From contig NC_042997.1 of NCBI RefSeq assembly GCF_006345805.1, positions 77,624,001-77,688,000 of the forward strand: DNA of 64,000 nt, written 5' to 3'. The notes below the pieces were generated by a model, which did not search any database, was not told the DNA's origin, and worked only from the letters and a program-made list of their open reading frames with translations. The translations under genes and the position numbers were made by a program. Source of the stretch: Octopus sinensis (Eukaryota). This document shows positions 49,101 to 59,084 of the stretch, piece by piece (the first letter of the stretch is position 1; every line of letters begins with the position of its first letter).

Positions 49101-49118
49101 TTTAAACCTTGCACTTGA
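9058..49118 (+). CDS. USP54: USP53/USP54-family ubiquitin-specific peptidase (echinus-like), 17 coding exons, 1687 aa as reconstructed
   Basis: All exons join in compatible phases with AG acceptors and GT donors (one GC). Family motifs: [85 protein letters not shown]53 versus USP54 orthology cannot be settled here; the MIT-like segment favours USP54. Confidence 0.93.
10790..11007 (-). mobile_element. tRNA-type SINE (family C)
   Basis: Core GGATGAAAGGCAAAGTC...GGAATTTGAACTC shared with copies at 15270, 15463, 42835 and 57975. Confidence 0.8.
11651..12875 (+). mobile_element. Decayed mariner (DD34D) transposon, 3' TIR lost
   Basis: TA then TIR-like CGAGCGGGTACCCAAAAGTAAC; frameshifted remnants [50 protein letters not shown]. 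Confidence 0.88.
13640..13805 (+). mobile_element. SINE family C, degraded
   Basis: Contains GTCTTTCATCCTT core in forward orientation. Confidence 0.55.
13806..14680. repeat. Split non-autonomous repeat (possibly Helentron-associated): halves 13806-13990 and 14482-14680
   Basis: The two halves overlap by a duplicated TGGGATC...ACAAGGATTCTGGATTATTT segment; degenerate hairpin at the left end. Class is inference. Confidence 0.45.
15270..15692 (-). mobile_element. Two tandem SINE family C copies
   Basis: Units 15270-15462 and 15463-15692, both carrying the GATGAAAGGCAAAG core. Confidence 0.8.
15705..16185 (+). mobile_element. RTE 3' fragment (ORF2 end, 3' UTR, (ATG)n tail)
   Basis: Encodes [17 protein letters not shown] remnant; ends ATGATGATGAT. 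Confidence 0.8.
18498..18590 (+). CDS. USP54: USP54-like exon 2
   Basis: tccacag|[31 protein letters not shown]|gtaatc; 93 nt, phase 0-0. Confidence 0.95.
18840..18974 (+). CDS. USP54: USP54-like exon 3
   Basis: ttgcag|[11 protein letters not shown]...DDAAECF|gtaagt; 135 nt, phase 0-0. Confidence 0.95.
19841..19954 (+). CDS. USP54: USP54-like exon 4
   Basis: cctgtag|[38 protein letters not shown]|gtaata; 114 nt; missed by the ORF track. Confidence 0.93.
20282..20361 (+). CDS. USP54: USP54-like exon 5
   Basis: tttcag|[26 protein letters not shown]+gt|gtaagt; 80 nt, phase 0-2. Confidence 0.93.
21120..21225 (+). CDS. USP54: USP54-like exon 6
   Basis: tttacag|a+[35 protein letters not shown]|gtgagt; 106 nt, phase 2-0. 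Confidence 0.92.
21497..21935 (-). mobile_element. SINE with family-A head and RTE-like (ATG)n tail, with a short family-A 3' end nested in its linker
   Basis: Head at 21800-21935; tail at 21497; forward GCATGGCTACAGTCAAATGACTGAAACAAGTAAAAGAATA at about 21740-21780. Confidence 0.65.
22069..22126 (+). CDS. USP54: USP54-like exon 7
   Basis: tttacag|[19 protein letters not shown]+g|gtgagt; 58 nt, phase 0-1. Confidence 0.92.
23060..23900. repeat. Degenerate complex tandem repeat, four units
   Basis: Anchor TTAATAATGTAC-like at 23131, 23291, 23576 and 23793, with shared CA/GT-rich blocks. Confidence 0.8.
25402..25496 (+). CDS. USP54: USP54-like exon 8
   Basis: cttttag|ta+[31 protein letters not shown]|gtaagt; 95 nt, phase 1-0. 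Confidence 0.93.
25670..26160 (+). mobile_element. RTE-family 3' UTR fragment with ~66-bp internal tandem repeat
   Basis: GTGGCAC anchor at 25783, 25849, 25914 and 25980; (ATG)n tail. Confidence 0.8.
27058..27201 (+). CDS. USP54: USP54-like exon 9 (His box)
   Basis: ctgtag|MFHCSK...[13 protein letters not shown]...YFDDATVKE|gttggt; 144 nt, phase 0-0. Confidence 0.94.
27539..27686 (+). CDS. USP54: USP54-like exon 10 (end of USP domain)
   Basis: tttacag|[27 protein letters not shown]...APGYNN+t|gtaagt; 148 nt, phase 0-1. Confidence 0.94.
28910..30646 (+). CDS. USP54: USP54-like exon 11 (large Ser-rich exon)
   Basis: tttcag acceptor; 1737 nt open; contains RAVTPTPD and [23 protein letters not shown]; G|gtaagc; phase 1-1. 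Confidence 0.9.
31650..32800 (-). mobile_element. Decayed RLE-type (R4-like) non-LTR retrotransposon 3' fragment
   Basis: Minus-strand remnants [97 protein letters not shown]. Confidence 0.72.
33026..34540 (-). mobile_element. RTE LINE, 5'-truncated and internally deleted
   Basis: (CAT)n tail; ORF 33644-34138 with [35 protein letters not shown]. Confidence 0.9.
34761..34880 (+). CDS. USP54: USP54-like exon 12
   Basis: tttctag|at+[15 protein letters not shown]...IQGNK+g|gtatac; 120 nt, phase 1-1. Confidence 0.8.
35436..35564 (+). CDS. USP54: USP54-like exon 13 (MIT-like helices)
   Basis: ttttag|gc+[42 protein letters not shown]+g|gtaagt; 129 nt, phase 1-1; missed by the ORF track. Confidence 0.88.
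36010..38740 (-). mobile_element. RTE LINE, near full-length but lacking most of RT, split by a Helitron
   Basis: APE remnants [39 protein letters not shown]; RT C-terminus [24 protein letters not shown]; 3' UTR continues across the 36456-36839 insertion. Confidence 0.88.
36456..36839 (-). mobile_element. Non-autonomous Helitron
   Basis: Minus strand starts 5'-TC, ends CTAG-3' after a GC hairpin; inserted in A|T (36455/36840); no TSD. Confidence 0.8.
38850..38990 (-). pseudogene. Leucine-rich-repeat gene fragment, LRRC45-like
   Basis: [42 protein letters not shown]; both stops are one C>T step from Arg/Gln codons. Similarity to LRRC45 is recalled, not searched. Confidence 0.55.
39725..40250. 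mobile_element. Two family-A SINEs in opposite orientation (39725-39885 +, 39890-40250 -)
   Basis: Degraded heads and 3' half recognisable; (CA)n linker at 40086-40123. Confidence 0.6.
40609..40801 (+). CDS. USP54: USP54-like exon 14 (probable GC donor)
   Basis: tcacag|gt+[33 protein letters not shown]...AEKI+ag|gcaaga; phase 1-2 matches exon 15. The 3' boundary is less certain. Confidence 0.8.
41371..42524 (+). CDS. USP54: USP54-like exon 15 (Ser/Thr-rich)
   Basis: gtaccag|g+NSMAGLLPS...YGTLPK...CFHKS+g|gtatat; 1154 nt, phase 2-1. Confidence 0.87.
42835..43040 (-). mobile_element. SINE family C, well preserved
   Basis: CCCGAAAGGATGAAAGGCAAAGTTGACCTCAGCGGAATTTGAACTC; CpGs retained. Confidence 0.85.
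44985..45865 (+). mobile_element. RTE 3' fragment
   Basis: [23 protein letters not shown]...[15 protein letters not shown], followed by 3' UTR. Confidence 0.88.
46512..47405 (-). mobile_element. Non-autonomous Helitron, long internal variant
   Basis: Same ACTAGCAGTAT(T)GCCC and TTTTATATATATAGAT termini as the other copies; A|T target (46511/47406). Confidence 0.78.
47819..47877 (+). CDS. USP54: USP54-like exon 16
   Basis: cttttcag|at+[19 protein letters not shown]|gttagt; 59 nt; supplies the phase 1-to-0 change needed between exons 15 and 17. Confidence 0.82.
48561..49118 (+). CDS. USP54: USP54-like exon 17 (terminal)
   Basis: tttctag|[12 protein letters not shown]...[12 protein letters not shown]...KSVTFAD...[30 protein letters not shown]. 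Confidence 0.9.
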   Translation, partial: VSESNSETLLHLANSQNLISERLCASDDEDFVRPSVKDLASKFEYDVTSKTSDSVDGNGNLTQRRSFRVRSKSESSTMKPKPALSKHQFQQGSRPRKSVTFADNIAMIAPNNKMYTSHDANINRKEKSTNEKYDWDDDDSSSSSEDPTELTDGPFCNLCQKKGVQQGQVYCQDCDFYMSRFKPCT

Positions 49119-52100
49119 TCTTTAGGGAAAACTTTTTCAATCCAGACTTCTTCTGTTATGTGATAGACACTGCCACATGAATGAATTTCCTTCTCTACTG
49201 GTAGAGATAGCTTAGTGTACTAATCCTATCTTTCACATTTATTGGACTTCATTTCAATTCCTGCAATTTAAAGCCAACTTTCATTCACATTTTACACAAA
49301 CAACATACATATATGGAAGAAGTTTGGTAGTAACCACAGAGAAACATTATATGAATATGTAAAATCTGCTACATCGAATCTCAGCAAACTGTTTTAAAAT
49401 TTTTCTCCCCCACTTAATTCTGAACTAATAACTGGAAAATTTATACTTTTGTCAAAAAAATTAATTACTAGAACATAATTCTATTTTCTAATGAAAATAT
49501 ATTTATTTTTCTATTTTCATCAAATACTTTCTCTATTGTTATTTTATTTCTTAAAAACCTTCTCATAAGTTTACCCACCTTAAGACTTTTTTATTGCTAT
49601 AAGGTTTCACTAATTCTTTTCTAAAAGTTTTCTAAATTATTTTCTCCAGAAACTTAACATTCTTCTATTTAAAGAAGTAATTTCTTTCTAGTTTGAAACA
49701 CTTTTTGGTCTAGAGTTATATCGTGGATAACTGAATATATGATTATTTAGATAATGAATAATATTTTGAGATAGTAGGAAATTGAATGTGAAGTTATCAA
49801 AGACTCTGGATAATTAACATTCTGTGTGTAGTAAAATTGAGAGCTATTTGCGAACACATTTGTTAATGAAAAAGAAGCCATCTCTAATATTATCCAAAAT
49901 ATAAGCATAATTTTAATTTTTGTTTAAGTGTTATGTTAGTTGAGAGATTCTCTATCTTCCTCTTCAGAAGTATCAATCAGTATAAATATGGTAACCTCTG
50001 TATCTTTGTATAAACGCCAAGGAAATTTATTACTGCCTCTTACATTGGTTTTGGGGGTATGTTGGGAGTGAAACTGTTAAATTCTGTAGATGAAATTTTT
50101 TGAGGTATATTTTACTTGAAAATATCATCTCAGTTGATTATCTAGGAGAAAAATTCTTTTTTTTTTTTTTGTATTCACATAAGAATACTTTAGTGAAGAA
50201 AATTGATATACAACTAAATTGGGTTTTTTGTGAAATTGGCTGAATGGCCAAAAGTATGTTTGATTCATACCAGTTATGTCATGAATTTAGAGCAAAGGCA
50301 TATTACACTGCTTATCCTATTCCACCTGTTGGAAATTGCAAAACATGTTCAGCCATAAAAATATCTATGCTGGTAATTTTTTCCATTCTTATCCAAATTT
50401 CAAAAACAACTGTAATAATATGGATATTTCATAAAGCATTGAATTGTTGGACAACACTGAATGATTTGTCTTCAGGTGGTGTATATAGTGTCTGCCTGCT
50501 AAAATACTAATGTAAATCAACCATATAAAGACCATCCTGGTCCAAGTTGAAAGCCAGGAGAGGATATGAATTCAACCCTACAAACTAACAAAAAACTAAT
50601 GTGGTAAACTGTTCTTTAGCCCCCAGGCCAGTCCTAATTGATGACTAGTGATCTGGTTTTGATTATTTATCTATGAATGTTGTTATCCAATACATCCTTT
50701 ATATAAAATGGTAGGGCATGATTTGATGAAGATTTGGTTGTTGTTTCCAGTGTGTTGAGCAACCATGTAGAACTTCTCATTGAGTATTGAGACCAGCCAA
50801 ACAATATTGTTGGAAAACAAGACATCAGCCAGAAAGTATCTCTGTTTATTTCTCTTTGTATCTCATTTCTTTAATGAGATGGTTGGTGTAAGATAATGAT
50901 GTGAGAATGAGGTGCTTCTACTTCATTATTTTGAAGAGGCATATATGGGGTAGGTATATATGAGGTATATGGGGTAGTGTTAGATATGAGTTTCTTAAAG
51001 TGTAAATGGGGCTAGCAATTCTTCAGTTACATGTATAGATATACTTAATATAAATTCCATTATAGTAAAGATTATTATAGAAATTTGTGGTAATTACAGA
51101 GCTGGAGAATTCTGTTTTTACAGTGTTTATAAATTTCTCACTTTTTCTACTTTAAGGGAGCAAATTTTGCTGTTTGTAACAAAATGTTGGTTGCATCAAT
51201 TTTTTCTATTTTTCGAATTAACATCTATAATTTCTAAAAAGATTCAGTTTTAAAAAAATTGAAGGAAAATATTTAACCCAGCTAATAAGTATAAGGAGTA
51301 AGTTTGTTTGTTTTAAGCTCCTTTTTAAAAAATTCTGATTTATAATTATTATATTAAACAAACGCATTTGTATTAATTGCATTGACAAAGCTGGAGAATT
51401 CTGTTTTTACAGTGTTTATAAATTTCTCACTTTTTCTACTTTTAAGGAGCAAATTTCTCCTGATTATTTATAGTTAATGCTGCTCCTATGTATTTTATTT
51501 AGTCAACTGGAAGAAAAGAGTGATAGATATTTGAATTTCCTTCAGTTAAATTATAGATGATGTAACCTGAAAAAATTGGTTCTAATAACCAACATTTGAT
51601 TGGATGTTTTTAACTGAATCAGATGGCATATTTCTTTTATGACAATGTATTTCAAATATCTAATATGTTAAAATAAATATATAAAATCTTTGGGTGTAGT
51701 GAAATCTGCTTCAAAAAATTACCCTATCTTTAATTCTATACATTTGCAGTGGGGGGCAGGTCCCTCCTATGATATAAATGAATAATATACTTTTGACCAG
51801 TTGACAAGTGTACATTGAATAAAAAAAAAAAACCACACCCGCTGGGAATCTGAGAAAACCATTAATTAGGGCAAACCTTGGTTGATCATTTCAAGGGATT
51901 TATCCATTTGATTGTAATGATTTAAGTAGTGCATGAAAGTAGTTGTAAATAAGATGTACCAATATTCATTTACAAGCTCATTTCATTTGAATATTCACTT
52001 GTAATATTTTTCATGTATTTTCTCTGTAAAATAAAAAAAAAATTTTTTTAAGAATTTATGGACTTGGAACATCAGTTTTTGTTCAAATTTCTCAAATTCT

Positions 52101-52250
52101 TATAGTACTAATTATTTGTTTCTGCTTAAGATTTTAATCAAGAAATCTGTTCTTATCAACTAGAATATTTTCATTAACTGATACTCCAAAAATTTTCTTC
52201 ATACTTTCAAGACACATAATAAATAAGTATAGTATGAAAAACCCATCCTT
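49119..52250 (+). other. Probable long 3' UTR of the USP54-like gene
   Basis: Repeat-poor AT-rich tract after the stop; AATAAA at 51818, 52030 and 52218. The end is not provable from sequence. Confidence 0.45.
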
Positions 52251-52399
52251 TTTGTTTTTCTTTCTATTTCTTTCTTTTATAACTTGTGAGACTCCAAGTT
52301 CTTTTTAAAATGAATAACTAGAATATATTATTAGACAGAAGCAATTATATTGAAAAAATGGATTTTTTACTTTTTGATGTATTGTGTTGGAAGAAAAAA

Positions 52400-52715
52400 A
52401 TGTGTGTGAAGGTGCATGGCTCACAATCATGAGGTTGTGAGTTTGATTCCTGGGCTGGGCTGTGTGTTGTGTTCTTGAGCAAGACATTTTATTTCGCATT
52501 GCTCCAGTTCACTCAGCTGTAGAAATTAATTGCAATGTAACTGGTACCAAGCTGTATCAGCCTTTGCCATCTTGGACAACATTGGTAGCATGGAGAGTGG
52601 GGACTGGTATGCATGGACAGCTGCTGGTTTTCCACAAACAATCTTGCTCAAATTTGTGCTTCAGAGGGGAACTTCCTAAGGTGCAGTCTGATGGCCATTC
52701 GTGACTGAAGGGAGC
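52400..52715 (+). mobile_element. SINE family B, near complete
   Basis: tRNA-like head, CTCCAGTTCACTCAGCTGTAGAAAT core; 3' part matches the 4527 copy. Confidence 0.75.
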
Positions 52716-53094
52716 CTTTAAAATATCTCAGTATGTAGCACCTTTGCTAAGTTTTCTGTAACCTGAGATTGACCAATGCTTTGTAAGTTAAATTTCAAAT
52801 ATCAGTCTTATCTGTTTTAGCTGTTCAGAATGCAAAGATGAGTGAGATAAAGAACCTGAAATGAAAACATGGGCTGATGTCAAGAAGTTAATCTTGTCAA
52901 AATACTTCAAAAAATCTTGTCCAAACAATAATCTGTATAGAAAAATGGGCATAAAAATGAGGATGATGATTATGTATATATGTGGAAAAACTTCACAAAT
53001 TACAACAATCTGTTGTATCCTTTAACAAGAAAACAGATTTATGCTTTGGCTGCCAACAACAGGGCTCTCTGTTGGCTAATTTTTGACCATTGAT

Positions 53095-53835
53095 TGCCAT
53101 TCCACAATTTTTGTTCTACATATTGCGGCGGCATGCTGTATCTCCTCCTATCTCACATTATTTTCCACTTTCATTTTTCTATCATTAGAAAAATATACAC
53201 CCCCTCATTTTTCTAATGGCAGCCCTCCTACCACCACCATCTTAATTCATCTCCTACTATTTCCCCCTGTATGTACCTCTGGCTTTGTCCTTGCACCATC
53301 TCTCCCTCATGCTTCTCTGCCACCTATTACCTTCCTGTCCCACATCTATTTTCTCTACCTTCCCCTCCAATTGATATTCATGATCAACCATGCCCTATCA
53401 TGTTCACCCCTCACTATATTTCCCTCTATTCTTGTCTTTCTGACACTCTCCTCCCACTTCCATGAACTTACCCACCCATATCACTTCTTATATTCATCTT
53501 CCTATAACTGAAAAGTTCATGCTGATACAACTTCATCGTTATTTCCCAACTAAAGTAACCACACATCTCTCTACAGCAAGACACTTGTTCCTGTTTCACT
53601 GTCATACTTTAGCCTCTCATCACTAGGCATAAAACCACCCCTCTATAGTCGAGAGTTCTTGGTGACTTCACTAGTACAAGTGCCACATAAAAAGCACCCA
53701 GTACAAACTGTAAAGTGATTGGCATTAGAAAGGGCATCCAGCTGTATGTAGAAACCATGCCAAAGCAGTTCAATGCATTCCTCTGGCTCACCAGCATGAA
53801 AAATGGATGCTAAATGATGATGATGATGATGACTG
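53095..53835 (+). mobile_element. Pyrimidine-rich repeat ending in RTE-type 3' tail
   Basis: GTGCCACATAAAAAGCACCC...GGGCATCCAGCTG...(ATG)n; a similar element lies at about 60510-61440. Confidence 0.6.
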
Positions 53836-54481
53836 GAATTTCTAACTAAAGCAGGGGAGATTATTGTTCATTGTACTACAATTGCTTACCATTTAACATT
53901 TTTAAAGTGCCCACTCCATCAAATGTTCTAAACTGGCCGATAAGTATGAGCTTTCCTATCTAATGACTATTAGCCTCATCAACTTTGTGTAACAAGAAAT
54001 TGAGATGTATTTCTGATATTAGCAGTGCACAGAAAAGTAGTGACATGCAGCTGTCAATGAAGTCTCCGTGCAATCTATTTAGAGGATACAATAGTATAAT
54101 TTAATTTAATTTAATGGGTCCATCTTCTTCAAGCAGTTGCATTTCCCCATGCTGTATCAGGAATTCTTGTCCTTCATTAGCTTTTAACTTCTCAATTTCT
54201 TATTACAATTCTCACCCAAACTCACTATTTTCATGGCATACTTTTTTGATTTTTTTTGAGTCAAAACTAATTAAGCTGTTGGTTGATAGCTATATTTCTC
54301 CATCATTATTATCATTGGGGTAGAGATAAAATTTAAGTTTGTTACATCTATCACTTGATTTGTGGAGCAAGGTCCCTAAAGGTAAGAACTTTGTATTCGG
54401 TCCTTTTCAAAATGAAATATTGAATATTAGCTAATTAAGTAAAAATGAACACCTAATTTTATCATTATTAATATTCACTAT

Positions 54482-54878
54482 AGGTGCAGAAGTGGCTGTG
54501 TGGTAAGTAGCTTGCTTACCTACCACATGGTTCCGGGTTCAGTTCCACTGCATAGTACCTTGGGCAAGTGTCTTCTACAAGGCCTCGTTAGTGGATTTGG
54601 TAGACAGAAACTGAAAGAAGCCTGTCGTATATATGTCTATATGTATATGTATATATACGCGCATGCTTGTGTGTCTGTGTTTGTCCTCCCTAACATCGCT
54701 TGACAACCGATGCTGGTGTGTTTAAGTCCCTGTAACTTAGCGGTTCGGCAAAAGAAATTGATAGAATAAGTACTAGGCTTACAAAGAATAAGTCCTGGGG
54801 CTGATTTGCTCGACTAAAGGCGGTGATCCAGCATGGCCGCAGTCAAATGACTCAAACAAGTAAAAGAGTAAAAGAATA
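54482..54878 (+). mobile_element. SINE family A, complete
   Basis: A-box-like TGGCTGTGTGG, B-box-like GGGTTCAGTTCC, (AT)/(GT) linker, tail TAAAAGAGTAAAAGAATA. Confidence 0.85.
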
Positions 54879-55564
54879 TTCACTAGCTTAAAAGCTGCAC
54901 TCCATGCAGACTTTTAAGCTGGCTCCTGTGGAGGGCTAATTGAACCTATGGCCAAAAACCAAAACAACAGCAATAATAATAAATCATTTATTGGTACCCT
55001 ACCAATTTGGTATTACTCTCAATTCAGTTTAATTGAAAAACTTGTAAGTTCACAAATTTTTGGAGTTCTTTTAAAATTTGAATAGATTATATATATGTGT
55101 GTGTGTATAAGGTATTGTGGCTTTGCATATGTTTGTCCCCTACCATTGCTTGATAACTAGTGCTGCTGTGCTTACATTCACGTAACTTAGTGGTTTGCTA
55201 AAAGTGGCCAATAAAAAAACCAAAGGATTAGTGTTGATTTCTTCGATTAAAATTTTTCAAGGTGGTTACCCCAGCGTGGCTGCAATTTAATGACCGAGAA
55301 AGAAAAAAAAAGCACTAAATTCCATAGTAAAACTTAAAGCTAAGGGAGGTTTTACCATGGCGTTGAAACCTCACACGGTTGCTTTACCTGCTAGAAATAG
55401 CAACCCAATTCTGGCTGTTCAAGAACCAAATGAAGGGCATATTTCCAATCATGGGATCATCCTGATTCCAAAAGTTATAATATGCCTATGTAGACTAAGA
55501 TACAGGCGTACCAGATGGACAAATAGAATTTCGCTTTTATTAATATAATTTATTGTTTAGAGAG

Positions 55565-56475
55565 TTTTGTGGCAAGAAGCTTACTTCCCAACCACATGGT
55601 TCTGGTTTCAATCCCACTGCATGGCATCATGGGCAAGCGTCTTCTACTATAGCCTTAGGCCAAATAAAACCTTGTGAGTAGATTTGGTAGAAAGAAATCT
55701 GTTATATATATATAAACTAAGAAATCGACTATGATGTAAGACACACCATTCTTTGTCTTTATTCTCATTACCAATGTATCCCTATGTCTTTCACTCTTCT
55801 TACCTCTACATTTTGATGATGTCTACTACTACAACTGGTAAACAGAAACTATTGTAAATGTACTATTACTACCACTTTTCTTCATTAATTAATGGCTTAC
55901 TAGCGCAAACGACCAACTTCTTCCTGTTATATTTCCTCCATTTTCTTCTTGCACACACACACATTTCGTTTTTGGATAAAGATTGCAACACGCAACAAAA
56001 AATTTAGAAAAATAAAAAAGAAATTTGGAAATTTTACCGGTGAGTGTGTTAAATTATAAGGCAATAAAAGAGAATGACTCTCCCCAGACACAACAGGTAT
56101 ATATATATATATATATATATAATATAAATTAGAGAAAAACCACTATTATGCAATTCAAAAAATGATAGACATAAACCAAAACATAAATAACAAATAAAAT
56201 ATATTTTTATAAAACGTATAACTAGATCACAAAAAGTATAAAAATGAATAATATATAATATGTAGAAAAAACTACGTACGTTTCATGGCTATAATTAAAT
56301 TCGAATTATAATTAAATTCAAATTTAATTTAAATGAATTCAAATTAAAATTATAGTCAATCTTCAGCTTAAGAATAATAATTAAATAAATGAGCAAATAG
56401 AGTTAAACAATATTTATTAAAAAAAAAAAATCTTTCTTATAGAAGAAACTCCATTAACTAAATTTGAGACTTAAA

Positions 56476-56510
<35 letters not shown>

Positions 56511-56710
56511 GTGTGTGTGTTTTTGTGTGTCAGTGTCACCACCGTTTCACAACCAGTGTTGGTGTGTTTACCTTCCCATAACTTAGCCGTCAGGCAAAAG
56601 TTGCCGACAGGCTTAACAAAATTAAGTACTGGGGTTGATTCATTCCACAAAATATTCTTCAAAGCAGTGCTCCAGCATAGCCAGTCTAGTGACTGAAGAA
56701 AAAAAAGATT
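55565..56710 (+). mobile_element. SINE family A split by a ~0.75-kb insertion
   Basis: Head 55565-55710, 3' half 56475-56710. Confidence 0.7.
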
Positions 56711-57057
56711 TAATATCTAAATACTGTGCCTACAGGCTTTGCTGTATGTATGGTTTGGGTTCTTTTTTGTCACAAAAAAAAAAAAAAAGATTCAGTTAGT
56801 GGTTTGTGCATCGTCTGGGAGAGGAGACAGTGGATGGCATAAGGAATCTGATATGCAGCTAGCTAGCTTTGAGAAGCAGAAACTGTTGTAATTGGCAGAG
56901 AAAATGCAGTAAGAAGACAGTGAATATCGAGGTTGGAATGAGTTGGTGAGTGAAAACTTGCTAATCCATTGGATGTCTTTTTTTTTGGATGCGTATTCAT
57001 GTATGTATCCATGTCTATATTATACTTCTATTTGTGTATATGCATATACTTACTTGT

Positions 57058-57461
57058 GATCTTTTCGGTTTGAACGGCAGTTTTTTCTAGCGGTGTCATA
57101 TGAAATTGTTACCCATAATTATAACCCTAGTATCGATCTTTTGCATTTCAATCTGTTTTAGGGTTAGGGTTAGAGGGAAGGGTATCTTTTTTTCTTCAGA
57201 AATGTAAACAAACCCAATCTGTTTCTTAAACGAAGGACATATTCATACGGCACAGAATGCTTTCACCTCAATAGACGTCATTGATTGGTTGAAATTTCAG
57301 AAAATGAAGAAAAATAACAAATATCTTACAAACTAGAATTTTCTCAATAAAGCCAAGAGAAAAAGATGTTTTATAAATACATTCTACCAGTATACGAAGT
57401 TTAAAAGTGTTTAGTTACGTGGAAATTATTTTAAAAAACTGCCATTCAAACCGAAAAGATC
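57058..57461. mobile_element. MITE with ~28-bp terminal inverted repeats
   Basis: GATCTTTTCGGTTTGAACGGCAGTTTTT ... AAAAACTGCCATTCAAACCGAAAAGATC (one mismatch). Confidence 0.85.
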
Positions 57462-57974
57462 CCTTACTTATATGTTAGTTGTATGCTGATATGCCACGAC
57501 TGTCTTGAGAATAAAATTTTTCAAAATTATCTTACTCAGCTTACGTGTGTATAACTATGTACAGCGCATATATTCGAATAATTTTACCATCTTTTTTCTT
57601 CTACCGCCTTTTCGTTTTGTCGCTCTAGTCAGTGACTTGTCATCTATAAACTATCTTTAATTTTGTTGAAAGTATTTCGACATACTTCTTCAGTGAAGAG
57701 TACAGCTCGAAACATCAGAATTCGCTTTCTCTCGCAGCATCAAATTCAGTGGGGTGAAGGGAAACGACTCTAGGATTTCAACAGTAAATGGGTATAATTA
57801 TTGCCCTTGTTTTCTTCGAACTTTTTAAATGACTGCAGCTTTATTGGGACGACCGTGTAAAGTTTCGACCATTTTTCAAAGCCCGAATTTTACCACCCCT
57901 TGAAATATGCCCTTTCGTTACATTCTTCCTAAGTTATTTATAAATTAATATGAAATTTTCATTTTTTGTCACAA

Positions 57975-58135
57975 GGGCAGCTGGGAGAGGATTAACTCGA
58001 TTACATCAACTTAACTGGCACTTATTTAATCAACTCTGAAAGGATGAAAGGCAAAGTCGACCTCGGCAGAATTTGAACTGAGAACGTAGTGGCTGACGAA
58101 ATGCCTCTATGCATTCTGCCAGCTCGCCGCCTTGA
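57975..58135 (-). mobile_element. SINE family C
   Basis: GGATGAAAGGCAAAGTCGACCTCGGCAGAATTTGAAC core. Confidence 0.8.
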
Positions 58136-59084
58136 TGAAAAGAATCTAATACCAAATTTAGTAATAATGAATAAACAATAAATGATAAATCCATGAAGTG
58201 CATTTGAACTAAGATATTTAATAAATCAATCAGTAATAATAGTAAATCAAGCATGGCAGAGTTAAAAGTTGGTCTGTATTGTTTATTTCAATATGTTATT
58301 GGGATCAATTCATTTCAACTTTACCAATAATGTTATCCCAACATTCTAGTTCATCTTCACTTAAAATTACTAAACCTAATATGAAACATATGTTTATGTA
58401 TTTATTTTGTAAGATTTCTGATGTGAAATTGTGTGTTGAAACAGATATTTTAGGATGGTCATTTTTTTTTTATTGTGTGACATTTTTATTGTGTATTTTT
58501 GCCAAAGTTCACATACATGGGATGGAGCTGCTATTACACTCTCAAACATTCTTGACCACATCTTAGAAGGTCGTTTAACTGATTGACAAAGATTCACTCA
58601 ATAACACTCCATAATCCCATTGACTTACAGTCATATCCACCTCTCTACTCCTTTTACTGCTACAATGTCAGTTTCTGCTTCTTTGAACTAGCTATTAGCA
58701 TATTCTTTTCACTGAACTGCATCTGATGTATTTTATATAATCTTTCAGTGACACAAGATCCTTGTTCTTATACTAATCAAACACTCTGCCTAAACTTTCA
58801 TCCCTAAAGGTGCAACCCTCTTCAATTTCATCTCTACCCATGTCTGGTTTCTGCAGATATTCAAAAACACACAAACTGTTCAATTCCCCAGTTAGACCAC
58901 AGCCATACAACATTTACCTCTCCTCCTCTGATTAAAAAAAAAAAGTGGTGTTGCTGGCTAAATTATTACCATCCATAACCATAAATATAATGTTTCATTT
59001 TTTCTTGCCTCTCCTTTATTCAGAGTAGATAACAATGAATGACTAAACAATTAGCCAAATTTTTATAGTGTCAGATGAAAAAAA

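Noticed and set aside
57675-57712. Imperfect palindrome containing hammerhead-core-like TGAAGA...CGAAA on both strands
   Set aside because: Stems I-III cannot be formed and the plus-strand core lacks the first C.
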